This document shows, piece by piece, positions 7,741 through 16,502 of a stretch of 64,000 nucleotides of DNA (positions are counted from its first letter, which is position 1; each line of letters opens with the position of its first letter). The stretch comes from an uncultured virus (IMG/VR IMGVR_UViG_3300013123_000002) (Duplodnaviria; Heunggongvirae; Uroviricota; Caudoviricetes). Position numbers and translations under genes: made by a program. Below the pieces are notes generated by a model. The model was not told the origin of the DNA. It worked only from the letters and a program-made list of their open reading frames with translations, and did no database searches. The DNA lies in the IMG/VR virus record IMGVR_UViG_3300013123_000002, one strand, 5' to 3'.

Positions 7741-9705
7741 TTAGAGGTAAACAGTAACTGTGTGAATTACGGCACCGCCTATGCTAAATTCGTAAGTTCC
7801 TGAAATGGTGGTTATTCCTGCGTCCACGTAAGCTTGCAATGTTCGGTTGAAAACCCAATTTAGCGTTTTCTGAGAGCCTGATATTGCGGTCAAATCGTAC
7901 TCGTTAAGGCTAGGATCTGTGTACTTAACGTCAAACGGGCCAGCCGGAGAACCGAAGAAGGTTACTTGAACTGGCGAATCTACTAAGTAACTTATGTACG
8001 TAGTAGTTGTGGTCGTTGTCGTTGGTTGAGTAGTAGTTGTGGTCGTCGGAGCTGAAGTGGTGGTGGTCGTAGTAGTCGGAGTAACGGTTGTGGTAGTCGT
8101 GGTCGTTGGCACGATAGTCGTGGTAGTCGTGGTAACATCTCCGATAGCAGACAAAGGTATCTCAACTTCGTATTCACAACTAACACCGTAACTAAATGTG
8201 TAAACTCCAATCACAGTAGGAACTTCTGCAAATTCCGCGGCTGAAAGATCGAACGTCCATGGTAAGGTAATGTCTTCGCCCAACAACCCAGTCAGATCGT
8301 GAATTCCTCCAAGCTGATCGATGAACGTAACTGAGTGTGGACCCTCTGGAGTCCCGTAGAACGAAGCTTGAGTAGGGTTCTGCCCATACGGTATTGAGAA
8401 GCTTATCGCGTGAGGAGGACACACTGCCGTAGTTGTGGTCGTAGTGGTGGTAGGAGGTACGGTAGTCACAGGAACTCCCTGGACCACGTAAAATAGGCTG
8501 AACTCTGGGACGTCTGCATAGATCCAACGATTTGCGTAATCTGGAGCGTATGGTCCGGCCGTAACTGTGCTATCCACTAAGACTCCGCTGACCTCTTTAA
8601 ATATTTTTACTAAGTTGAACTCATCCTCAGTTATCGAACCAGGCAAGGTAAACTTTACGATCGCACCGGTTTCGTAAACGAAATTGTGATCTGTTATTGA
8701 GTACGAGTATATGCTATTTTCAAGAAGGTACCCAGAAGGAAGAACGTAACCTGAACTAGACGTTGGGTTTGGAATTCGACAGATCGTGATCGGCCCAATA
8801 TCGCTAGCGGTACCGACGACCGAAATTCCAAAAATGTAAAATTCTAAAGGATCTACTGTCGTTACTTCAGTTGAACACACGTACCCGTTCTGTGAGCAGA
8901 ATGGGTCTGCGCTGAAATAGTGGAGAGTCACCGTGTCAATGTTGTTCAAGGTGTACCCTGCGATAGTTGTGTTAAAGAAAAGTTGGTCAGTCGCGTCAAC
9001 GTCTCTTAGAGCAGAGGCAGTAACACCGCTGTCCTTACTAAAGTAAGCTGGGAGAAGCTTGTGACCGTCTCCCACCAGAGTCTGCAATCCGTTTATGAAG
9101 AGCAGCATGTTGCTGGAGTGAAGAGGCGCAGGGATCAAAAATATTCCTTGTGAGATAGGCGCAGTTCCTGATGGAATAACGTCTGCCACTGCGTGCATTA
9201 TTACTTCTTGCATGCACGGTTGAACTCCGCTAGTTCCACCGGTGCCGGCCAAAAGAGTCCAGCCGGTTGAGTTTAGCCAAACGTACACTCCTTCTACCTT
9301 TCCGTCCTGTGCCTCGATGTACACCATCTCCCCAGGAATTCCGGTCGTTGGGAGCAACCCGTAAACTCGTAATCTCAATCGTAGAGTGTCAGTAACGTCC
9401 TCAGCTATGAAATTCTTAGCTGTAACCGAACCGTTAGGGTACATCTGAGCAACTACTGGGTATTCCCAGTCTATCTGCTCAGCTCCGTAAACTTTTAAGC
9501 CGTGGCGAACCGTTACCCAATTAGCATCCACGTTGCTTATGTCAACTGTTACTTCCGAATCGTTCTGCTCGTAATTTACTGAAGATAGAAATTCCTTTAT
9601 CGCAGAAGTAAGAGTTCGAAAGTTAAAGTTCGAGATCTCAACGATCGACGTAGTGCTGGTGTTGCTTAACGGTTTTACCGAAGTGAGTTTTACCTCTACT
9701 GACAT
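7741..9705 (-). CDS. Putative virion protein with mucin-like poly-Thr linkers and a duplicated C-terminal domain (654 aa)
   Basis: Thr tracts at 8428-8451 and 7999-8133, each followed by a similar ~65-aa module. Confidence 0.6.
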   Translation of the reverse strand: MSVEVKLTSVKPLSNTSTTSIVEISNFNFRTLTSAIKEFLSSVNYEQNDSEVTVDISNVDANWVTVRHGLKVYGAEQIDWEYPVVAQMYPNGSVTAKNFIAEDVTDTLRLRLRVYGLLPTTGIPGEMVYIEAQDGKVEGVYVWLNSTGWTLLAGTGGTSGVQPCMQEVIMHAVADVIPSGTAPISQGIFLIPAPLHSSNMLLFINGLQTLVGDGHKLLPAYFSKDSGVTASALRDVDATDQLFFNTTIAGYTLNNIDTVTLHYFSADPFCSQNGYVCSTEVTTVDPLEFYIFGISVVGTASDIGPITICRIPNPTSSSGYVLPSGYLLENSIYSYSITDHNFVYETGAIVKFTLPGSITEDEFNLVKIFKEVSGVLVDSTVTAGPYAPDYANRWIYADVPEFSLFYVVQGVPVTTVPPTTTTTTTTAVCPPHAISFSIPYGQNPTQASFYGTPEGPHSVTFIDQLGGIHDLTGLLGEDITLPWTFDLSAAEFAEVPTVIGVYTFSYGVSCEYEVEIPLSAIGDVTTTTTTIVPTTTTTTTVTPTTTTTTTSAPTTTTTTQPTTTTTTTTYISYLVDSPVQVTFFGSPAGPFDVKYTDPSLNEYDLTAISGSQKTLNWVFNRTLQAYVDAGITTISGTYEFSIGGAVIHTVTVYL

Positions 9706-9714
9706 TTTAGTCTC

Positions 9715-11064
9715 TTATTTTTCCGATTCTCCGACCACCGTTAAGTTTTCGATGAATTCTGTTTTGGAGTCGACTTTCGAGTCCAAACCTACTGTTCCTG
9801 AACGTACTATGCACTCTTTTAGTTCTGCGTAAATTGGGTGTTCAGGTTTACTCTTGATGAAGGTGAGTTCGACCTTGTTCTCTCCACCTCTGTGAAAAGA
9901 GCATTCCTTCAGGTAAGAGTAACGAATGTCGTTCTTGTCCAAAAAGACCGAATCGAGGATTCTCGACGATCTAATCTTGCACTCATAAAGCTTACATTTT
10001 GAGATCTCTCCCTCAACAAAGCAGTTGACAAGGTCTAAATTTGAAATGGAAAAGCATTCCTTCAAATTGGCATCTCTAACTTGGACCCGCTTTTCAACGG
10101 TGTCGTAATTGATCAGGCCAGATTCTAAGTTTCCAGTAGTTATCAGGTCGAACAGAGCTTCCTTCAAGTTCGAATAATTCGACTCAACTATCCTAGGGTC
10201 ATCCCTTAAGTCAATCATTAGGTGAATGTTAGGAAAAGAACGAACGAAATTCTCGTACGTTTTTACCGACAGAACGATGTCCTTGCGATTTTTCATGAAA
10301 TCGCTGATCTTTCTTCTCTCGTTTACCGTGTAGGCATTGTTGTTAAGTAAAGTTTCGTAAAGGCTCTCGGCCATGTAGTTAATCAACTCTACCGCTTCCT
10401 TCTTTTTCTTCTCGTAATCCTTTCCTCCTGCGTACCTAACTTCCAAGTAATTGTTTGGAAGCTTGGTAAAGTTCAAACCGAAGTACTTTGAGTATGGTAA
10501 GTTAAAATCCATAGGACTTGCTGGGTTAGCGTACTCTATGCTAGTCTCGGCGATGAACTTATTCTTCGGGTAAATGTTAAGGACAGAGTTCTTATAGATC
10601 TTCTGAATCCTTGATTTTGCAGATGGCCACAAGTCGAATATCTTTCCCTCATCCAAGTTCAAGATGTACTTGAAAACGTTCAAATTTTGAAGCTTTTCCT
10701 TTAAGTCCAGCTCATTTTCCTTGAACGATATGTTGATGTGAAGCCCAGTACGCTCGTTCGTGAACCCGTTCTCGTTGATGAAGTTAAAAACTTTCAGCAT
10801 CACGTGAATTGCTTCGTTGTACGGCATCACGCCGGTTATGAGTTCGTTGGTCTTCATCCCTCCTGAATAGTCTGGTTCCAACTTAAATGTGTTCGGGAGA
10901 ACCGGTGTCTTTCCGTGGTATCGATTGGTCCAATTTACGGTCTTTCCTAGAACTTTTGCCAATTTTTCTGAAAGTTCCTTTCTTGAAAGAGGGGAAAAGA
11001 ACTCGAATTCGAATCCCAGATCAACGTTATCGAACAGTTTCTTCTTGTTTATGTCCTTGTACAC
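9715..11064 (-). CDS. Putative amidoligase (COOH-NH2 ligase type 2 / Amidoligase_2-like) with a C-terminal beta-solenoid-like region
   Basis: Motifs GFEFEF, EPDYS..NELIT, TGLHINIS, KYFGLNF and YLEVR; the C-terminus has ~5-residue periodicity (ISKCK LYECK IRSSR ILDSV). Confidence 0.75.
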   Translation of the reverse strand: MYKDINKKKLFDNVDLGFEFEFFSPLSRKELSEKLAKVLGKTVNWTNRYHGKTPVLPNTFKLEPDYSGGMKTNELITGVMPYNEAIHVMLKVFNFINENGFTNERTGLHINISFKENELDLKEKLQNLNVFKYILNLDEGKIFDLWPSAKSRIQKIYKNSVLNIYPKNKFIAETSIEYANPASPMDFNLPYSKYFGLNFTKLPNNYLEVRYAGGKDYEKKKKEAVELINYMAESLYETLLNNNAYTVNERRKISDFMKNRKDIVLSVKTYENFVRSFPNIHLMIDLRDDPRIVESNYSNLKEALFDLITTGNLESGLINYDTVEKRVQVRDANLKECFSISNLDLVNCFVEGEISKCKLYECKIRSSRILDSVFLDKNDIRYSYLKECSFHRGGENKVELTFIKSKPEHPIYAELKECIVRSGTVGLDSKVDSKTEFIENLTVVGESEK

Positions 11065-11065
11065 T

Positions 11066-11389
11066 TTACTGGTTGGTATTATTTTTCTCGTAAAGGTTCT
11101 TCACGATGTTGGTGAAACTTGCAACGTACTGTATGGCTAAAAGAATCATGAACGGTAGGTCTACCCACCAACTCCAGTACACCTCTCCGGTAGAAACCGA
11201 TTGAAACATTTTGTACGAACCCCAAGCTAAGAAGAATGGAAACATTATCCTAGCTGCCTTTACTCGTGAACCGTAAAACTTTTTTATCCTGACAAAGGGC
11301 CACTTAAGGCTGAAAGTCGGGAGTTTTACTGAACTGTTTCTAACTCCAACGTAATTATCGTAGAGCCATTTTAATATCTTGTCTTTCAT
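11066..11389 (-). CDS. Small basic membrane protein (two hydrophobic/aromatic segments)
   Basis: 107-aa ORF with IMFPFFLAWG and WWVDLPFMILLAIQYV segments; late promoter immediately upstream. Confidence 0.55.
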   Translation of the reverse strand: MKDKILKWLYDNYVGVRNSSVKLPTFSLKWPFVRIKKFYGSRVKAARIMFPFFLAWGSYKMFQSVSTGEVYWSWWVDLPFMILLAIQYVASFTNIVKNLYEKNNTNQ

Positions 11390-11395
11390 ACAGGT

Positions 11396-11403
11396 TATTT
11401 ATT
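11396..11403 (-). promoter_or_regulatory. Late promoter (AATAAATA)
   Basis: Motif just upstream of ATG 11389. Confidence 0.6.
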
Positions 11404-11410
11404 TCAAAGT

Positions 11411-13504
11411 TTACCGGTTTATAGCTACAAACGGAGCGTTCAATCTCGGCCGTGCATTGTCGATTATCGAAATGGTCGATTCGTCTCGCAGGAACAGCTG
11501 GCTTATCACGAACTCGTGATCCTCATCCTGAACCATCGTGCTGAACAGCCTGACATTAGCAACTGAATAGTTTGCGCTTGGCAAACAGTAATTCGCGGTC
11601 GTTTCGTACTCAAACTGCCCGATTTTGCGGTAATCGTTAAACAACCTGGTCACTCCGTCGAAATTTTTAACGTTCGCTGGATCCTGCCTTAAAGAGTACA
11701 CCGAAACTTGAAGTTGGCCGTACTGAGCTGAGAACGGAACGATCAGAGCGTACCACTTTCCGTACTCTACTGGACCTACTGAAAATTCGTACGGATTAAT
11801 ATCGTTAATGACTATTCTGATAGTTAAGTTGGGCACTTGAGAAACCTCAGAGATGGTCCCAGTGATGCGGATACCTTTCTTTAAATAATCATCATACCCC
11901 TGAAAGAAGACGATGTCTTGTGTCACGGCATTAAACCTGACTAACGAGCAATAAGTTGTGCTAGGTGTTTCAACGGTTGAAGCAGCTTTCTTGTAGATGA
12001 CAGCATTTTCCTTTATTACAAATTCCGCTTCGCTGGCAGTTGTCTGAATGTTCTTTCTCTCGGTTGATTTTAGACCTAAGTTTTGATAACCTTCCACAAC
12101 TACGTACTTTCCGAACGCTGAGTAAGAATCCTTAGGCCCGTTCATCTTGATCTTCACAGCAGAACTTCCAGCCTTTGTGTTAGAATCGCCAGTTGAAATT
12201 TCTCTAGCTCTCCATGCTCCAAATATATCACTATCTTCGTAAGCATAGATTTCGATCGAACTTGATGGGCTGGCCGGAGTAACGTCCTGCGTTTTCTTTT
12301 CGTTTGGGCTTCCGAAAGTTTCCATCTTGTATTTCACTATCCTTGGCGCGACCGAATTCATGTCATAGTAGTACTCTATTAGCGGAGAGTAGTTATAGGT
12401 CAGCCCTAAAAGCTTTACTTTTAGATCCTGGTGCATGTTTCTTCGAGTTTCATCCTGGTGCGTGGAGATCGTCTTTGTCTGCTGCGGATCCAGAGCATCT
12501 AGCATCTGCGAAGCAGCTTCGTTTCCCATGAGCTGGTCGGTCGACACGATGAGGTTGTCCAAGAACTGACGGTCCTCGGCTTTCATGTACATGTCAATGT
12601 TTGGGTGGAACTTAGTGAGCTGAATCTTCCAATACATAGGTTCCATCATGAACCCTCGGTAAAGGTACGATCCTTGGATCTCGTACATTCTGTTCAGGAG
12701 AGGAAAGTATAAGTAATCTCTCTTCCTAGGTTGAGCGTTTCTTCCGAACATCTGCTGAAAGTACACGTTATCGATGTGTATCTCGAACGGAACGTCAAAA
12801 TCGACTCCAAACTCTTGAAAGATCGGTTTGTTATCCGGAAATTTGTTTTCTGGAACCATCACCTTTATGCACCGGCGGTTTGTCGTTTTGAAAAGGGTCC
12901 ATTCCTTGAACACGAAGTCAGCTGAATCCCTATCTGGTTCAGTTTTGAAGTAAACTACATCGTGACCGTAAATCTTGTTGGTCTGTAAGCTAAGTTCCTT
13001 AGCTATCTGGATAGCTGTAAAAGCTTCGTATGGTTTGAATAGAGCTTGGTTTTCCGCAACGATCATCGGACACTTTTCATCAGAACACTGGACTGGCGGG
13101 TTGTAATCCTCACCTTGGTTCTGCGCAGTAGCCAGAAAGATCTTCACCCATTCAACTTTCAAAGGTTCCGTGAGTTGGTCGTAAGTTCCATCATCGTACT
13201 CGAACTTTATCTCAAAGAAAATGCTTTCTTCGTTGAATTCTAACGAATACAGTTCTGATAGGTCAGCTGGGCTGAAAGAGTACCATAGAGACCAGTTTGC
13301 TCGGTCGGTTGAGTACCTAAATTTTCTGATGATGTTTGCCTCAACCGCACTTCCTAGGTCCAATTCTTCCTTGTAACCATTGGGCTGAATCACTCTAAGA
13401 GCTTTTTTGACAGGCTCTCCTGTTGTAAAAATTCGGTAATTCTTGCTGTACCCAACTGAATTTTTTGCTGGGTCTGGCGTGATCTTGTAAGTGACTCTCT
13501 GCAT
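11411..13504 (-). CDS. Neck/head-closure protein (T4 gp14-like central domain) with extra N- and C-terminal beta domains
   Basis: YGHDVVYF...FGVDF...PRKRDYLYFPLLNRMYEI resembles the gp14 pattern P..GDLIYFP..N.LFEI; the C-terminal region looks LamG/ConA-like. Confidence 0.6.
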   Translation of the reverse strand: MQRVTYKITPDPAKNSVGYSKNYRIFTTGEPVKKALRVIQPNGYKEELDLGSAVEANIIRKFRYSTDRANWSLWYSFSPADLSELYSLEFNEESIFFEIKFEYDDGTYDQLTEPLKVEWVKIFLATAQNQGEDYNPPVQCSDEKCPMIVAENQALFKPYEAFTAIQIAKELSLQTNKIYGHDVVYFKTEPDRDSADFVFKEWTLFKTTNRRCIKVMVPENKFPDNKPIFQEFGVDFDVPFEIHIDNVYFQQMFGRNAQPRKRDYLYFPLLNRMYEIQGSYLYRGFMMEPMYWKIQLTKFHPNIDMYMKAEDRQFLDNLIVSTDQLMGNEAASQMLDALDPQQTKTISTHQDETRRNMHQDLKVKLLGLTYNYSPLIEYYYDMNSVAPRIVKYKMETFGSPNEKKTQDVTPASPSSSIEIYAYEDSDIFGAWRAREISTGDSNTKAGSSAVKIKMNGPKDSYSAFGKYVVVEGYQNLGLKSTERKNIQTTASEAEFVIKENAVIYKKAASTVETPSTTYCSLVRFNAVTQDIVFFQGYDDYLKKGIRITGTISEVSQVPNLTIRIVINDINPYEFSVGPVEYGKWYALIVPFSAQYGQLQVSVYSLRQDPANVKNFDGVTRLFNDYRKIGQFEYETTANYCLPSANYSVANVRLFSTMVQDEDHEFVISQLFLRDESTISIIDNARPRLNAPFVAINR

Positions 13505-13521
13505 TGAACCTACTTTTTTGT

Positions 13522-13529
13522 TATTTATA
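13522..13529 (-). promoter_or_regulatory. Late promoter (TATAAATA, exact T4 consensus)
   Basis: Exact match 17 nt upstream of ATG 13504. Confidence 0.75.
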
Positions 13530-13559
13530 GTAGGCTCGGTCGAATAAGGTAATCAAACC

Positions 13560-16502
13560 TTAGTACTTTCTGCGCAAGCTGATCTGGTCGATTTCCATCC
13601 AAACGGTCGGTCCAGTGTTCTTATCATCATCCATGTAGAACGATAGGAATATGAACGGCGTTCCGTTTCCGTTGAACGTTAACGTTCCGGACGTTGCTAT
13701 GCCGCCGGTGTTAGCCGGAAGCGTTCCAACCGTTTCGTACGTACCTGCTGAGAACGTGTGCTTGTTTATGATCAGCTGGTGAGACGACCTGTACTTCAAA
13801 GTAAGCTCGTAATTGTACGAAGTTGCCGGCAGAGAAATGTTGTTAGAACCGATTCCGATTGCACCGCCTCTACCTACTTGACGAACCGCTTTCTGAACAA
13901 ACTTGTTGAAACCTGAAGAGAGTCCATTGATTATGGAATAAGTCTGGTAGAGAGTAGAAGCTGCTTGCCAATAGTCTCCTAAACCGTACGGAGCGTTATC
14001 GTCGTTCCAGTCAGTTGAGAATGGATCGTTAGGCGAATCCGAGTTGACCAACAATTCTGGACCGTATGCTGGAGCGGCCGTTGTGCTAGTCGTGGTAGTC
14101 GTTGCTGGACTAGTAGTAGTGGTCGTTGTAGTAGGTGTTCCAGTAGTCGTTGTCGTAGTCGTCGGAGTCGAGGTTGTGCTAGTTGTTGTCGTGGTAGGAC
14201 CAGCTGTAGTAGTGGTCGTTGTCACGCCAACCGGGTGAGCATCGTTGGCTGTCTGGTGGTCAGTTATGTAAGTTCCACTAACTGTAATTTCTGTTGTGTT
14301 TCCGTTAATTGGATCAGTTGGGTGAACGTAATTCAAAAAATCGTAAACTGATAAGTTTGACTCAATTGCGCATACACCAGGAGTTGAATAACTGTTACGG
14401 TGACCGTACAGAGCTAGTTCAGGTTTCGTTATCGTATCTGTGTAAGTCTTGAATTTTGCGTACGGTGTTCCTGCGCCAATTGGCATCCAATCGTAAGTTG
14501 TGTCTACTATATTTCCGCCTTCTCTCCACGAGTAAAACATTGAAAACTGTCTCAATCCAAAGCCTGTGCTTATCGATGGAGATATTGAAACGTTGAACTT
14601 AGCATTTTCCGAAACGCTAGATACTGGCCAGTGATCGAATATTCCCAAATCTCTTATCGAAATTTGGTGGATTTCGTTTCCGGTTGCATGCTGCATGCCT
14701 ATCCATTCATTGTTCACATCAGACAGAACTCCTATAGTTTCTCCGCTAATGTGCGGTAATTCGTAATACGGCGGAGATTTTCTTCCTGCAGTTTCGACGA
14801 TCGTCCAATTGCTAATCTTAAATTTAATGGTGAACGATACGATCTTTCCGACTTTAACGAACACGCCTGTTTTTTCGGAAATAGTAGGTTGGGTAACTCC
14901 TCCAGTTATGACATTTGCTGCAGGAGTTGGCATGGTTCCAAAGTAGACGTCAGGAGTGAACGTTCCTTCCTGGTATTCGTCTAAAGTGTTCAGGTCTGCG
15001 CTGTTAACGGTAGGTAATGCTCCAGTTGAAACTGGAAAAGGAACTGCACTACTCAACCGCGAACCTTTGATCTTTAAAGCAACGTTCGAATCGCTTGATC
15101 CGATCTTTACCTCCTTTGCTGTATCGCTTGCGTAAATTCCAACGTCGGAATCTGATAGGCCTTTAATACCCTGAGGATTAAGTTCAACTTGTGTTGACGT
15201 TCCTCTTGATAGAATAGCTAACTCATCGAACAGGAAGGTCGTAATTTTGGATTCTGCTCTAAATCCGAACTTGTTTGAAGAATATGGATCAAAACCTAAA
15301 GCTACCTTGTAAGTATCAGTTGGCTCTACTTTCTTGAAGTGTAAACCGTCGATCGCGAGAGCGGTCGTTCCAACTGCTGCTGAACTTCCTTCTAGTGTGC
15401 TGCTAGATAGGGCTAGGTGAAGAACCGAGTTTGAATCTTTAGCAGCGGCAGCTTTCTTATTTATAGTCCATTCGAATTTTGAGTTAAGCGCAGGTTCAGT
15501 TTCATCGTCAAGCGAACTTAGAACGAAATCTGTGAGAATTACGCTTTCGCCAGGAAGATCTGCTGCGTTCAGCCTGTACTTTCTAACTCTTAAGTTCTGG
15601 TACGTTGGGCTTACCACGTACTTTGCATCTGAGTCTGTCGTGTGCAATGCTTCCGCAATATCATCAACCGATCCTAGTTCCAATTGGTGGCGGTAACCGG
15701 TGCTCGAAACGAATTGATCTGGGTGTGTAGCTGCGTTAACCTTATCGTAGAATGAGTACAGAGAGAGTAGAGCTGTGTACGGGAACGCTTCGTTCAGCAA
15801 CGAAACATCTGATCCTAATCTATCGTCTGTTACCTTTACTAAGTAACCGTTTGAGTCAGGTGAACCGTTCGATATTATCTTCTTGGCAGTTGCAGTATCG
15901 AAGTTGAAGATTAGCCCCTGCGAATTCTGAACAGACGCCGTGTTTAATTTCCAGTTAGGTGGGTACGTTTCCCAGTAATCTCCAGGTTTTGAAAGGTACG
16001 AAACTGTTATTCGGTCAATGCCTTCAGAACTGTTGATAGGAATGATTATTCTAGCCGGTGGCGTCTGCGTGTTTACACCAACTCTCCACGGAAACAGTTC
16101 TCCGCCGCTTTCGTTGAGAGCTTCTCTGAAAACTTCGCTGAAATCCGTTATTACTGTCCATACGGTACCTTCGGATTCTTTCTTGTATATTCCATTGTAT
16201 GAAGCTGGCCCAATTTCAACCTTGCCTACGTAGTAATCACCGATTTTTGAATCAGTAGGAGAAGAAGTAGTTAGATCGATAAAGGTCGTTCCTGCTTCTG
16301 ACCAAATTATGGTACCGTCAGCACCGGTGTACCCTCTAGGTCCTCTTGGACCTGGACCACCAGCGTCGCCCTTATCGCCCTTATCGCCTTTATCTCCAAC
16401 ACCAAGGGCTATCAGCTGATTGAAGTTAAAATTTAGCTTATTGGCCAAATCCGCTTGGTTATCAGCTGAGAATATCTCTTTTAGGTTGATGTTGACCGCC
16501 AT
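13560..16502 (-). CDS. Tail-fibre-like protein with a short collagen segment, poly-Thr stalk and C-terminal carbohydrate-binding-like domain (980 aa)
   Basis: GDKGDKGDKGDAGGPGPRGPRG collagen; NTLDEYQEGTFTP fibre motif; Thr tract at 14079-14222; beta-sandwich-like C-terminus. Confidence 0.65.
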   Translation of the reverse strand: MAVNINLKEIFSADNQADLANKLNFNFNQLIALGVGDKGDKGDKGDAGGPGPRGPRGYTGADGTIIWSEAGTTFIDLTTSSPTDSKIGDYYVGKVEIGPASYNGIYKKESEGTVWTVITDFSEVFREALNESGGELFPWRVGVNTQTPPARIIIPINSSEGIDRITVSYLSKPGDYWETYPPNWKLNTASVQNSQGLIFNFDTATAKKIISNGSPDSNGYLVKVTDDRLGSDVSLLNEAFPYTALLSLYSFYDKVNAATHPDQFVSSTGYRHQLELGSVDDIAEALHTTDSDAKYVVSPTYQNLRVRKYRLNAADLPGESVILTDFVLSSLDDETEPALNSKFEWTINKKAAAAKDSNSVLHLALSSSTLEGSSAAVGTTALAIDGLHFKKVEPTDTYKVALGFDPYSSNKFGFRAESKITTFLFDELAILSRGTSTQVELNPQGIKGLSDSDVGIYASDTAKEVKIGSSDSNVALKIKGSRLSSAVPFPVSTGALPTVNSADLNTLDEYQEGTFTPDVYFGTMPTPAANVITGGVTQPTISEKTGVFVKVGKIVSFTIKFKISNWTIVETAGRKSPPYYELPHISGETIGVLSDVNNEWIGMQHATGNEIHQISIRDLGIFDHWPVSSVSENAKFNVSISPSISTGFGLRQFSMFYSWREGGNIVDTTYDWMPIGAGTPYAKFKTYTDTITKPELALYGHRNSYSTPGVCAIESNLSVYDFLNYVHPTDPINGNTTEITVSGTYITDHQTANDAHPVGVTTTTTTAGPTTTTTSTTSTPTTTTTTTGTPTTTTTTTSPATTTTTSTTAAPAYGPELLVNSDSPNDPFSTDWNDDNAPYGLGDYWQAASTLYQTYSIINGLSSGFNKFVQKAVRQVGRGGAIGIGSNNISLPATSYNYELTLKYRSSHQLIINKHTFSAGTYETVGTLPANTGGIATSGTLTFNGNGTPFIFLSFYMDDDKNTGPTVWMEIDQISLRRKY

